A stretch of 64,000 bases of DNA, from positions 96,001 to 160,000 of the forward strand of contig CAWEWF010000014.1 in assembly GCA_963812605.1 (NCBI GenBank). The letters are read 5' to 3'. The notes under the pieces were generated by a model. That model saw nothing but the letters and a program-made list of their open reading frames with translations, was not told the origin of the DNA and did not search any database. Numbering within the stretch: position 1 is the first letter of the stretch; each line of letters opens with the position of its first letter. This document shows positions 32,129 to 42,592 of this stretch, piece after piece. Position numbers and translations under genes: made by a program. The DNA is from an uncultured Verrucomicrobiae bacterium (GTDB lineage Bacteria; Verrucomicrobiota; Verrucomicrobiia; Palsa-1439).

Positions 32129-32578
32129 TTAATTGGCCGCCCTCACGTGGATCGTTCCGAGCACTTCCTCAGCATGGCCCGGGGCTTTCACCTTGCGGAA
32201 GATTTTTTTGAGGGTGCCGTCGGGGGCGATGACGAAGGTGCTGCGTTCGATGCCCATGTACTTGCGACCGTACATCGATTTCTCCTTCCAGACGCCGTAC
32301 GCCTCGGCGATTTTGTGGTCTTCGTCGGCGACGAGCGAGTAGGGGAGGCCGTGCTCGGCAATGAACTTTTCGTGCGACTCGGGTGAGTCGGGGCTAATGC
32401 CAAGCACCACGGCGTCGTTGTCCTGGATCTTTTCGTAGAGGTCGCGGAACTCGCACGCTTCCGTGGTGCAACCGGGGGTAAAATCCTTGGGGTAGAAATA
32501 AATGATGATGGTCGAGCCTTTGTTGGCCGCTAATTCGAGAAACGACGGGGCTTTATCGCCTTCCTTTAATTCCTTCAC
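32129..32578 (-). CDS. bcp: Peroxiredoxin BCP
   Basis: YFYPKDFTPGCTTEACEFRD, ERSTFVI. Confidence 0.95.
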   Translation of the reverse strand: MKELKEGDKAPSFLELAANKGSTIIIYFYPKDFTPGCTTEACEFRDLYEKIQDNDAVVLGISPDSPESHEKFIAEHGLPYSLVADEDHKIAEAYGVWKEKSMYGRKYMGIERSTFVIAPDGTLKKIFRKVKAPGHAEEVLGTIHVRAAN

Positions 32579-33242
32579 GGTGATCTCCTTTCAACTTCAC
32601 GCCAATTTTCGGGCACAGATCCGCAACTTCACATTGGATGCAGTCCGGGCGGCGCGCGATGCATCGTTTTCTTCCATGCCAGATTAGCAGGTGCGAGAAA
32701 TCTATCCAGTCTTCTCGCGGCACTACCTTCATCAGCGCTTGCTCGATCTTTTCGGGCGTCGTCTGCCGGGTCAATCCCAGGCGTCGCGACAGGCGCATGA
32801 CATGCGTGTCCACCACGATGCCTTCCGCTTTGCCGTAGGCGACGCCCAGGACGACGTTCGCCGTCTTGCGGCCGATACCATCGAGTTGGATGAGTTCATC
32901 GAGCGTGGCGGGTACTTTGCCAGCATGATTTTTCGTGATCCCCAGGCAACAGTTGCGGATGGAGCGGGCTTTGTTGCGGAAGAAGCCGGTGCTGCGAATC
33001 AGCGACTCCAGATCCGTTAATTGCGCGTCAGCGAAATCCGTGGCGGTGCGATAGCGCTTGAAAAGCGCGGGGGTAACGAGGTTTACGCGGGTGTCGGTGC
33101 ATTGGGCGCTGAGAATCGTGGCGATGAGTAGTTGGAGCGGGTTGTCGTGGCGCAGAGCACAACGGGCATCAGGGTAAGCGGCCCGCAAGCGGCGAAGAAT
33201 GGCACGGTAGCGCGGCAACAATTTGCTCTTGGCAAGGCCCAC
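32553..33242 (-). CDS. nth: Endonuclease III
   Basis: LLIATILSAQCTD, GIGRKTANVV HhH, VDTHV, CIARRPDCIQCEVADLC 4Fe-4S motif. Confidence 0.96.
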   Translation of the reverse strand: MGLAKSKLLPRYRAILRRLRAAYPDARCALRHDNPLQLLIATILSAQCTDTRVNLVTPALFKRYRTATDFADAQLTDLESLIRSTGFFRNKARSIRNCCLGITKNHAGKVPATLDELIQLDGIGRKTANVVLGVAYGKAEGIVVDTHVMRLSRRLGLTRQTTPEKIEQALMKVVPREDWIDFSHLLIWHGRKRCIARRPDCIQCEVADLCPKIGVKLKGDHREGIKGRR

Positions 33243-33324
33243 GGTTCGCAGTATAGCATAGGTGTAAGAACACACGCAGTTACACCGTCGCTATTTCAAA
33301 AAAGAGGAAGAGGAGAGAGTAATT

Positions 33325-33637
33325 ATGGCCCACGTTGTGGCTGAACCCTGTATCGGTTGCAAATTCACCGATTGCGTGGAGGTTTGTCCGGTCAACTGTT
33401 TCTACGAGGTTGAGGATCGGTTGTACATCCATCCCGACGAATGCATCGACTGCACTGCCTGTGTTCCGGTTTGCCCGGTGGAGGCGATTTTCACCGAGAG
33501 CGACCTGCCGGCAAAGTGGAACAGCTTCATTGCCGAGAACCGCGACAAAGTGGCCGGTGCCACCAACATCACCGTCAAGAAAGAGCCGCTTGGGCAAGGA
33601 CAAGCCCGAGTGCAAGCCAGGCGCACGCAAACCCTAG
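33325..33637 (+). CDS. 7Fe ferredoxin (FdxA-like); probable frameshift in tail
   Basis: [20 protein letters not shown]...[21 protein letters not shown]. Confidence 0.93.
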
Positions 33638-35244
33638 TCATGTGCGGCTTCGGGGCCGCTCTTGGGTGTCGTTGTGGCGGCGCCGCCTTCGCCTGATTGC
33701 TCGACGAGTTGGTAGATCGGCAGGTAGCGGTAATATACTTCGAGAATCAAGGCCCCCAATGCGGTGGAGTAGGCGGGTGTGTTGGCGAGGTCTTTGCCTT
33801 CGATCTTGCTGTTGGGGGGTGGCATCCAGCGTCCGTCGTCCTGCTGGTTCCTGACCATCGTGTCGCGGATTTGGCCATTCCAATACGACCAGTAGAAACT
33901 GCCGCCCTGGAACATGGCTTGCGTCATGTAGTACCAACCGTACATCACGTAATCGCCCTGGCTCTTGCCCCAGTCAACTTTCTGTTCACGCAAGTAGTCC
34001 AGCGCACCCTTGAGGCGCGGGTCCTTGCCGTTACCGAGGAACTGCTGGCATAAAACGCCGACGGCGGTCATGGACGGCCAACGCTCCGGCTTTTGGTACC
34101 CGAAGCCGGGGTTCTTGGTGTCGTACATGTTCCAGAGATATTGCGTGGCCTTGTCGAAAACGGGCTGGGGAATCTCAATGCCCGCCGCCCGGGCCGACTT
34201 CAAGGCCATGATCATCCATCCCGTAACCGATACATCGGAGTCGTTGGACAAAGGGTGATAGCGCCACCCGCCAACATCCTGCGGTTTCTCTTTCGCCGCC
34301 GCTTGTCCCCTGAAGATCGCTTGCAACGCCCGATCCAGCGGCTCGCGCAGCGCCGGCGACTGCGTCATGGCGTAGCCTTCCGAAAGCGCCAGCACAACCA
34401 GGCCCTGCGAATAGCCATACGCAATGTCGTTTTCCTGGGAGACGCCGATGATCAGCCCGTTACTGTCGACATGATGCACCAGGTACTCCAATCCTTTGCT
34501 GACCGCCTGGCCGAACTCGGTTGAATCGGGCGTTTCACCGTGCCCGAGAAATGCCAGCGTCGCCAACGCCGCGCCTGCCGGTGCGCTGGAGCCGCATTTC
34601 CACGAGCCGTCCTGCTCCTGGTTGGCCTTTAACCAGCGGAGGGCCGCGATAACGGCCTTTTCGGTCTCGGCGCTGCCCTGGAATTTATTCAGGTTAATCG
34701 CGCGCTGTGGGCCCATGCGTGCCCCGAGAATGCCGCCGCCGGGACCCTTGATTCCGGTGGTGCCGATCTTCGTCTCACCCATCCCGCTCATCGGCGTCAG
34801 GCCCACGCCGCTCGGGCCACCGACGGGCCGCGCAATCGCCGTGGCTACGTCACTCATCACGCCAATGACTTCGGCGGCATTGTCCTGGTTGGCCTGTGCG
34901 GACGGAGTCAAGATGTGGGCCTCGTAGGTTTCCGGTGTGCCACCGGCGGTGGGCACGCCGCCCGCGCCTTTCCCGGGCGTTCCGCCGCCACCGCCAACCG
35001 TCGGGCCTTTGTACTCGAAATTTCGATACACCGCGTTTGGGTCGTCGGGTTCCTTGTCAGACGCGGGTGGGGGCAGGGGCGCGCCTTCAAAGGAGGCAAC
35101 GATTTTCGGGAGGATGGCCACGATTTTGATCGATCCGAGAACAGCCAGCAATGCCACATGGAACAGCAGCGCGATGATGAAGTAGCGCATGAGGCGCGTT
35201 TGCGCCATCAACCACGCCAGGAATTTGCTGGTGATAACTTTCAT
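33634..35244 (-). CDS. Membrane-anchored prenyltransferase/squalene-cyclase-repeat protein
   Basis: N-terminal [13 protein letters not shown]; Pro/Gly-rich linker; QW-like repeats [32 protein letters not shown]. Confidence 0.85.
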   Translation of the reverse strand: MKVITSKFLAWLMAQTRLMRYFIIALLFHVALLAVLGSIKIVAILPKIVASFEGAPLPPPASDKEPDDPNAVYRNFEYKGPTVGGGGGTPGKGAGGVPTAGGTPETYEAHILTPSAQANQDNAAEVIGVMSDVATAIARPVGGPSGVGLTPMSGMGETKIGTTGIKGPGGGILGARMGPQRAINLNKFQGSAETEKAVIAALRWLKANQEQDGSWKCGSSAPAGAALATLAFLGHGETPDSTEFGQAVSKGLEYLVHHVDSNGLIIGVSQENDIAYGYSQGLVVLALSEGYAMTQSPALREPLDRALQAIFRGQAAAKEKPQDVGGWRYHPLSNDSDVSVTGWMIMALKSARAAGIEIPQPVFDKATQYLWNMYDTKNPGFGYQKPERWPSMTAVGVLCQQFLGNGKDPRLKGALDYLREQKVDWGKSQGDYVMYGWYYMTQAMFQGGSFYWSYWNGQIRDTMVRNQQDDGRWMPPPNSKIEGKDLANTPAYSTALGALILEVYYRYLPIYQLVEQSGEGGAATTTPKSGPEAAHD

Positions 35245-35247
35245 GGC

Positions 35248-38234
35248 TCACGGTTGCGCTGGGGGCGCCGGCAGGGCAGTCAATTCCTGCTTCGCGTCGG
35301 CAACAAATTTTCCCGCGGGAAATCGGCGGAGATAAGCTTGAAACGCGCTGCGCGCCGCCTCGATGTTGCCCAGGACCTTGTGGCATTGTCCGCTGCGGAA
35401 CGCTGCTTCCTCGCCGCGCGGGCCGCTGGTCAGCAGAGCCACGCGCAGGTAGTACGCGAGCGCGGCCTTCTTGTTTTCCTTCTCGTTGTCCCGAAGGTTA
35501 AAGAAGTAGTTGCCGAGCAGGAACGCGGCCTCGCCGGCATTTTCGCCCTTGGCGACGGCCATGACTTTGTTAAGGAGGTCGACCGCTTTCACGTTCGCGG
35601 GATCTTTCGGGTCGGAATCCTTGCCGCGGGCCAGATAGACCTTCGCGAGGCCCAATTCGGCGTCGATGTGCGGCGGGCCCTGAGGATTGGCAGCAATCAT
35701 CTGGTTGAAGGCTTTTTCAGCATCATCCAACTGGCTTCAGCCCGAGGCTCGCTTCCCCGATGCCGACCAGAGCGAGGGGTTCGGTGCGTGCGTCGTCGGA
35801 ATAGAGCGCGAGCGCCTTCTGGTAGGCGTCCCGCGCCTGTGCAAATTCCTGATGACGGAGCAGGGCGTTGCCGGCGGCGAGATAACTGCTGGACAGCAAG
35901 TGGTCCTTCTCCGGATCGGAGAGAAGTTTCAGCGCGGCGGTGTAGGCCCGCTGCGTGTCGTTTTCACCAAGGGCCAGGTCGATGGTGCTCGTGGCCGTGG
36001 CGATGCGGACATTGACGTTCTGCTGGTACTGGGTCGCCAGTTGATCGAGCGTGGCATAGGCGTCGGCTGAGTTTCTTCGCCTTGCGATAAAGTGCGGCAA
36101 TCTGGGCAACCGCCACACGCGCCGCGATGGGCTCGTCCTTGAACTTGCTGAGAAACTCCTCGCAGCTCGTCACGGCATCGGCGATGGCACCGCGACCTTC
36201 CAAAATACTCGCGATGCGCAGTTCGGAGGCGATGGCGACATTGCGGAGGTCTTCCGTAAGATTCGCTGAGGCTGCCGCGCGATCGATGAGGTTCCGGTAT
36301 TCGGCCATCGCCTCGTCCGGTTTTTTGTCGGTTTCAAGTTGGGAGGCAATCGCGAAGAGGGCGTTGCCGGCGCGCGCGTGGTTCGGGTAGCGTTTCACGA
36401 AGTCGCGGAGCGCGGCGATCCTTTCTGCGGTCTTCTTTTCGCCGGCATAACAATCGGCGATTTCATAGGCGGCGAACGGCGCCAGCTCAACCTCGGGATA
36501 TTTGTCCACAAGCTGCTGGTAGGCGGCGATGGCGGCCTCGAACTTTGATTGCGCGAATTGATTGCGGGCGATCTGGTAGAGCGCCTCCGGAACGAGGCGA
36601 TTATCGGGCCAGTGGTTGACGAATTCCTGGAACGAGGCAATCGCCTTCTCGAAGTTCGCCGTCGTCGTCGGCTTACCGGACGGATCAACGTCCTGCGCGC
36701 CGAGGTAGGCATAGAGATAGCCGAGTTGGAACGTGACTTCCGGGAGTAACTCGCTGTTCGGGAACTTCGCGCGAATCAGTTCGTAGTTCTTCACCGCGTT
36801 CGTCAGGTTTGCCTGAACCATCTTGGGGTCGGTCGCCTTCTGGGAAATCTCAAAATAGGAGCGGCCGAGGCGGAACAGCGCGTCGGGCACGAGTTTGCCG
36901 GTCGGATGCTTTTGCAGGAACGCCATGAAGCTGTCGCGAGCGCGGTCGAAATCGTGGAGACCGTAGTAACAAGCGGCGATGCGGAAGTCGGCAGTCTCCA
37001 AAAGTTGCGGATCCTTGTTGGTGGCGGCAAATTTCTGGAAACGGTCGAGGGCTTCCTGAAATTGGCCCGAGCCAAAGAGCGTTTCCGCCTGGAGGAACAG
37101 GGCATCGGTGGAGAAGGTGCTGGTGGGATACTTTTTTTGAAAGGCCTTCGACTCGAGGTCGGCCTCGGCAAGGTCATGGCGCTCGGTGAGCACCTGAATG
37201 AAAGCGAACTGGGCCTGCTCGGCAAGCTTGTCGTTGGGGTAGATGTTCAAGAACTCGCGATAGACCACACTGGCCTCTTCGGGACGTCCGAGTAATTGAT
37301 AGCAGTTGGCCATGCGGAAGAGGGCTGAGGCGCGCAGATCAGGGCCCGCTTTGAACTTGGTTTGAAGTTGTTGCAATTCACCCAATCGCGCCCCGTATTC
37401 GGCCACTGCGCTGCGTCGCAGATATCCTGCCCGCTGGGCTTCCAGTTCATTGATTTCCTCCTGGATGCGCTCGAGGAGCCCACTTCTGGACTGGACACGT
37501 TTGTAATAAGTGATGGCATCCGCGTAACGCTTGGCGTCGAACATGGCTTCGCCAGCGAGGAAGAGGCCTTCGGTGGCGCGCGGATTACCGCGTTGCGCGG
37601 CGATTTGCCGGTAGATCTGATGGGCGTCATCGTAATTCTTTTCAGCGGTCAGGATCTGGCCGAGGAGAAAGAGCGCGTCAAGGGAGGCGACGGGATCATC
37701 CGTAAACCGGGCTCGCGCCGCTTGCACAACAGCCTTGGCGTCTTTCAGGTCATTCTGTTTAAAGAGCGTCCAGGCCTCGCCGAGCATTGCCTGCGAGAGC
37801 ATCGCGTGCTTCGGGTATTGCGTTTCGAACTGGCGGTAGAGATCGATGGCTTTCGGATAATTTTTCAATTCACGGTAGCACTCGGCCTCTTTGAGGATGG
37901 CTTCGGGAATGATGGGGGCGGTCGGGTAGGCCTTGATGAGGCGGGCGAAGGTATCAATTGCCTCCTGATACCGGTGCAGCCCGATCCAGCACCAGCCCTG
38001 GAAGTAGATCGCCTGCGGTACGGCTGTGCTCAACTTATTTTGGCTCTCGTATTTTTGAAAGGCGACGAGCGCTTCGGTCATCTTGCCGTCGTCGTACAGT
38101 TGGCGCGCGTCGGTGAAACCCTTTTCCGTGACCGATTCTGGCGCTTGCGCCAGCGCCGGCCGCATCCGTCCCGAAACCAATAACAGGGTCATCCACAGAG
38201 CCAAGAGACGAGGAATGTTGCGCGCCGGCATCAT
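35248..38234 (-). CDS. Large periplasmic TPR protein (BamD/CpoB-like repeats); 2 frameshifts
   Basis: Signal peptide; repeated A..F..F...YP.....DALF TPR units across ORFs 35964-38300, 35723-36118 and 35248-35730. Confidence 0.85.
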
Positions 38235-38659
38235 TGGGTGGAAGCCACGTTTTCGGCGAGCGGACGGAACGCGACCTTGGTCAGGTGCGCCTGGGCACAA
38301 GCATCCAGCGCGCCGATCACATCCTGATAGCTGGTTTCGGGCTCGGCCTCGATGACGATGGTCGTGTCCTGGCCGATGGTGGCCAGTTGCAGCATGGCGT
38401 CGCGGAGGCTGACGATGTCGTAGGTATTGGCATCGTTGACGACGATATTGTCCTTATCCTTGACGTGCAACACAATGTCGAGCGGCACCTGCGTGGGGGC
38501 GACCCTGGCGCTGACCAGCGGCAGTTTGGCGTCGATGCGCTTCTCGCGTTTGTCGAAGGTGGAGAAGCTCATGTAGAAAATGAGCAGGATAAGAATCGTG
38601 TCGATCATCGGGATGATCTCGACGCGACCGCGCTTCATGGCTCGCCGTTTGAGTTTCAT
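38231..38659 (-). CDS. exbD: ExbD/TolR family biopolymer transport protein
   Basis: VEIIPMIDTILILLIFYM (conserved Asp); IEAE..TSYQDVIGALD. Confidence 0.92.
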   Translation of the reverse strand: MKLKRRAMKRGRVEIIPMIDTILILLIFYMSFSTFDKREKRIDAKLPLVSARVAPTQVPLDIVLHVKDKDNIVVNDANTYDIVSLRDAMLQLATIGQDTTIVIEAEPETSYQDVIGALDACAQAHLTKVAFRPLAENVASTQ

Positions 38660-39066
38660 TTTTCCAACGTCGCGAACGTAACATCGGCAATGCCCGCCCG
38701 GGAACAGACCTTCATGAAAGCGCTGAGGTCCTTATAGGTCATTTCGCGGCTGCCGCGCAGGATCAGCGAGTTCAGGCCCGGGTCCGCCGCCTTCATGCGG
38801 CGCAACAAATCCGGCAAGTCATCGACCTTGTAGGGATGACCGCCCACCGTTACGTCGTCGGAGGAAAACATATTGACGATAATCTGGTTGGGCGTCTTCT
38901 TGAACTCATCGCCGGAGACGGACTGCGGCAGTTTGATATTGGCTTCCCGCTCCATTTCCGCGAACCGCGAGAAGCTCATGTAAAAAATCAGCAGGATGAC
39001 GATCGTGTCGATCATCGGGATGATCTCGACCCGTCCGCGTTTGATCTTGCGACGCTTGACCTTCAT
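38656..39066 (-). CDS. exbD: ExbD/TolR family biopolymer transport protein
   Basis: VEIIPMIDTIVILLIFYM, IKLPQS, ILRGSREMTY. Confidence 0.92.
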   Translation of the reverse strand: MKVKRRKIKRGRVEIIPMIDTIVILLIFYMSFSRFAEMEREANIKLPQSVSGDEFKKTPNQIIVNMFSSDDVTVGGHPYKVDDLPDLLRRMKAADPGLNSLILRGSREMTYKDLSAFMKVCSRAGIADVTFATLEK

Positions 39067-39075
39067 CGGCCGGGC

Positions 39076-39837
39076 TTAATGCTGGATGGAGGATTTGAGG
39101 ATGACCATCAATTCGGTGAGGCCCCGTTCCATATCCATAAGGATGGCCTCCTTTTTGCCGGTGAAATAGTTGTAGGCGAAAAGCGCGGGAATAGCGACGG
39201 CCAGACCGGTTGCGGTATTGATCAAGGCCTCGGAAATGCCGCCGGCCAACTTGGTCGGATCACTCATCCCGATGGCGGCCACGATGCTGAACGACTTGAT
39301 CATGCCGACCGTCGTACCCAGCAGCCCGAGGAGCGGACACAGGGTCACCATGGAATCGAGTTGGGGCAGGTACTTTTCCATGGAGATCATTTCCTTGGTC
39401 ACCGCGCCCTCCGCAAGACCTTCAACCTGCTCGGGCGCGTAGCCATCGCGGGCGGCCTGGATGGTGGTGCGGATCACCCGGCCCGCGACGCCGGGGGCGT
39501 GTTCGATCGCGGTGAGCGCTTCCGAGAGTGTGCCCGCCTGTTTGATCTTCAGGATCAACTCCTCGGCGTTGCCTGTCGCGCCGCGATAATACATGAACCG
39601 TTCGATGAGAAGCGTCACAGTCAGGATTGAGCAAGCGACGAGCACGAAGAAGACATAAGGAGGGGTCTTCGCGACCTCCCAGATCATTGCAAAAGCGCTT
39701 TTCTGGACGACAGGAGTCGCGGCGGCGGTCGCTTCCTGGGCCTGGGCCAGAAAGGCCTGGCCGATGAAAACAACAGCGGACGCTGTCAAAAAAACGCGGA
39801 ACGCAATTCGGGATGCTCTAGTAGATAGTACCGGCAT
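39076..39837 (-). CDS. exbB: MotA/TolQ/ExbB proton channel protein
   Basis: PLLGLLGTTVGMI, LAGGISEALINTATGLAVAIPA. Confidence 0.93.
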   Translation of the reverse strand: MPVLSTRASRIAFRVFLTASAVVFIGQAFLAQAQEATAAATPVVQKSAFAMIWEVAKTPPYVFFVLVACSILTVTLLIERFMYYRGATGNAEELILKIKQAGTLSEALTAIEHAPGVAGRVIRTTIQAARDGYAPEQVEGLAEGAVTKEMISMEKYLPQLDSMVTLCPLLGLLGTTVGMIKSFSIVAAIGMSDPTKLAGGISEALINTATGLAVAIPALFAYNYFTGKKEAILMDMERGLTELMVILKSSIQH

Positions 39838-39990
39838 GGTGGTGACCTCCGATTAGGAACGCTGGCAACATCGTCGCGTCGAGTTTATAGGTACTCGCGG
39901 CAAACATGGCAAACACTTTCCCTCGCGAACCTGGCGATGGATTACCTGTCCCGCAGTCTGTCGAACGCGCCTGGAAATCAACCGGGAAAG

Positions 39991-42105
39991 CTAATGGGTC
40001 TTCGCTTCCGCGTCTTTCTCGGCCATCGCCGCCCGGCGACTGAGCTTGACGCGGCCCCGGTCATCGATCCCGAGCACTTTGACCCAGGCTTCATCGCCGA
40101 GTTTCAGCACGTCTTCCACCTTGTTGACACGGTGGTCGGCAATTTCGCTGATATGCAGGAGGCCATCGCGGTCGGGCATGATCTCCACGAAAGCGCCGAA
40201 TTCCTTGATGCCAACGACCTTGCCACGGTAGATTTTGCCGACTTCGACTTCGGCGGTGATGGACTTGATCTGTTCGATGGCGCGGTCAGCGGCTTCGCCG
40301 TCCGTTGAGAAGATGTGGATTGTGCCGTCGTCCTCGATGTCGATCTGGCAGCCGGTGGCTTCCACGATTCCCTTGATGACCTTGCCTTGCGGCCCGATGA
40401 CGGCGCCGATCTTCTCGGGGTTGATGTGGATGGCGGTGATGCGCGGCGCGTACTTGGAGAGGTCGGCGCGGTTCGTCTTGATCGTCTCATTCATCTTATC
40501 GAGGATCAAACCACGCGCTTCACGGGCCTGTTCGAACGCCTGACGGGTCAACTCGAGAGTCAAACCATGCAGTTTGAGGTCGGTCTGGAAACCGGTGATG
40601 CCTTTGCGGGTGCCGGCCACCTTGAAATCCATGTCGCCGAAATGATCTTCGGAACCGAGGATATCGGTGAGCATGGCGGACTTGCCGGTCTTCTCGTCCA
40701 CGACGAGACCGATGGAAATGCCCGCGACCGGGGACTTCATTGGCACACCGGCATCGAGCAGGGAAAGAGTCGCACCGCAGACGCTCGCCATCGAGGTCGA
40801 ACCGTTTGATTCCATGATCTCGGAGGTCACGCGAATGGTGTAGGGGAAATCCACTTCGTCGGGGATCATCGGTTCGACGGAACGCTCGGCGAGCGCGCCA
40901 TGGCCGATTTCGCGGCGACCCGGAGCGCCGGTGCGGCCGGTTTCGCCGACGCTGAACGGCGGGAAGTTGTAATGGAGGATGAATTTCTTTTCCGTCGGAC
41001 CACCCGTCCACGCGTCCATATCTTGCGTATCGGATTTTGAGCCCAGCGTGGTCATGACCAGGGCCTGCGTTTCGCCGCGCTGGAAAATGGCGGAGCCATG
41101 CGTGCGGGGCAGGATGCCGACTTCACAGTGCAGCGGACGAAGATCGCGCGAGCCGCGGCCGTCGGGGCGCTTGTTGTCATTGACGATGGAATTACGGATG
41201 GCGTCGTTCTGAATCTTGTGGAACGCCTCCTTGAGCTCGAAGGGGGTGATGTCCGGGAATTTCTTCTTGAGGCCCTCGACCAGTTTCTCCTTGCAGGCGT
41301 GTTCGGCCGCGTGACGGGCGAGCTTGCCCGGGGTGAGAATGGCGCCGAGGATTTGACCGCCAATGAGTTCGCGGGCGGCGGCCTGGATTTCCGGGCTGAC
41401 GGTGTACAACTTCACCTGGCGCTTGGGTTTGCCGGCCATTTTCACGAGTTCGTTAATACCGGCGACAATCTTCTGGGCGTGGCCATGGGCGAATTCGACC
41501 GCCTTCATCATGTCCGCCTCGGAAATTTCCTGGCCGGCGCCTTCGATCATGACGAGGTCTTTTTCGTTGCCGACGTAAACGAGGTCGAGATCGCTGTCTT
41601 TGCGTTGTTCGTGCGTGGGGTTGACGATGAGTTCACCGCCGACGCGAGCGACGCGGACCGCGGCGATGGGGCCGTGCCAGGGAATATCGGAAACCGCCAG
41701 CGCCGCCGACGCGCCATTGATCGCGAGCATGTCGGGATCATTCACGACATCCGCGCTGAGCAAGATGGCGATGATTTGCGTGTCGTTGTAAAAGCCTTCG
41801 GGAAACAGCGGGCGGCAGGGACGGTCGATCATGCGCGCGGTGAGGATTTCCTTCTCGGTCGGTCGGCCTTCGCGCTTGAAATAGCCGCCGGGGAATTTGC
41901 CTGCCGCCGCCGCTTTTTCGCGGTAGTCAACGGTGAGTGGAAAAAAGTCGAGTTCGTCGCGGGTGGAATTGCTCGCGACCGCGGTGACGATCAGGACGGT
42001 TTCGCCGTAGGTGACAACGGCGGCGCCGTCGGCCTGTTTGGCGAGTTTGCCGGTTTCGATGATGAGTTCTTTGTCCCCGATGGGGACGCGTACGGTGTGC
42101 TGCAT
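39991..42105 (-). CDS. pnp: Polyribonucleotide nucleotidyltransferase
   Basis: FFPLTVDYREK, RREIGHGALAER, DMDFKVAG, KH and S1 domains. Confidence 0.98.
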   Translation of the reverse strand: MQHTVRVPIGDKELIIETGKLAKQADGAAVVTYGETVLIVTAVASNSTRDELDFFPLTVDYREKAAAAGKFPGGYFKREGRPTEKEILTARMIDRPCRPLFPEGFYNDTQIIAILLSADVVNDPDMLAINGASAALAVSDIPWHGPIAAVRVARVGGELIVNPTHEQRKDSDLDLVYVGNEKDLVMIEGAGQEISEADMMKAVEFAHGHAQKIVAGINELVKMAGKPKRQVKLYTVSPEIQAAARELIGGQILGAILTPGKLARHAAEHACKEKLVEGLKKKFPDITPFELKEAFHKIQNDAIRNSIVNDNKRPDGRGSRDLRPLHCEVGILPRTHGSAIFQRGETQALVMTTLGSKSDTQDMDAWTGGPTEKKFILHYNFPPFSVGETGRTGAPGRREIGHGALAERSVEPMIPDEVDFPYTIRVTSEIMESNGSTSMASVCGATLSLLDAGVPMKSPVAGISIGLVVDEKTGKSAMLTDILGSEDHFGDMDFKVAGTRKGITGFQTDLKLHGLTLELTRQAFEQAREARGLILDKMNETIKTNRADLSKYAPRITAIHINPEKIGAVIGPQGKVIKGIVEATGCQIDIEDDGTIHIFSTDGEAADRAIEQIKSITAEVEVGKIYRGKVVGIKEFGAFVEIMPDRDGLLHISEIADHRVNKVEDVLKLGDEAWVKVLGIDDRGRVKLSRRAAMAEKDAEAKTH

Positions 42106-42226
42106 GCTGGGATTCGAACGCCCGGCAAGTATCGGATTAATGGAATGATGTCCGCCCGCGCCGCCTCGCGGAGTAAGCGGGCATCAATCCATCAATCCTC
42201 CAACGCCTGCCGGGCCAATCGCCTTT

Positions 42227-42499
42227 CTACTTTCTGAGGTTGAGTTTCTTGATAAGTTCGGAGTAGCGCTTCGTGTCGGTATCGCTCAAATAATCGAGCA
42301 ACCGCCGCCGCTGACCTACCATTTTCAGCAGACCACGCCGCGAACTGTGGTCCTTCTTGTGCGTCTTTAAATGTTCGGTCAACTCGTTAATGCGCGAGGT
42401 CAGCAGGGCGACCTGCACGTCCGCCGAGCCCGTGTCTTTCGGGTGCAGCTGAAATTGTTTGGTGACTTCCGTCTTTTTTGCCAGGGCAATCGTTTCCAA
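42227..42499 (-). CDS. rpsO: 30S ribosomal protein S15
   Basis: [13 protein letters not shown]...[22 protein letters not shown]. Confidence 0.98.
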   Translation of the reverse strand: METIALAKKTEVTKQFQLHPKDTGSADVQVALLTSRINELTEHLKTHKKDHSSRRGLLKMVGQRRRLLDYLSDTDTKRYSELIKKLNLRK

Positions 42500-42592
42500 T
42501 GGTATTACGCCTTTCTCATTTGAACTCCGTCAGTTTAGCGAGGCCGGGGAGGGGTGTAAAGCCCGTTTTTTGGTTAATGTACCAAGCCCGTT

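Noticed and set aside
33634-35244. Squalene-hopene cyclase / hopanoid synthesis
   Set aside because: Single barrel with no DxDD motif, a TM anchor and an exbBD context.
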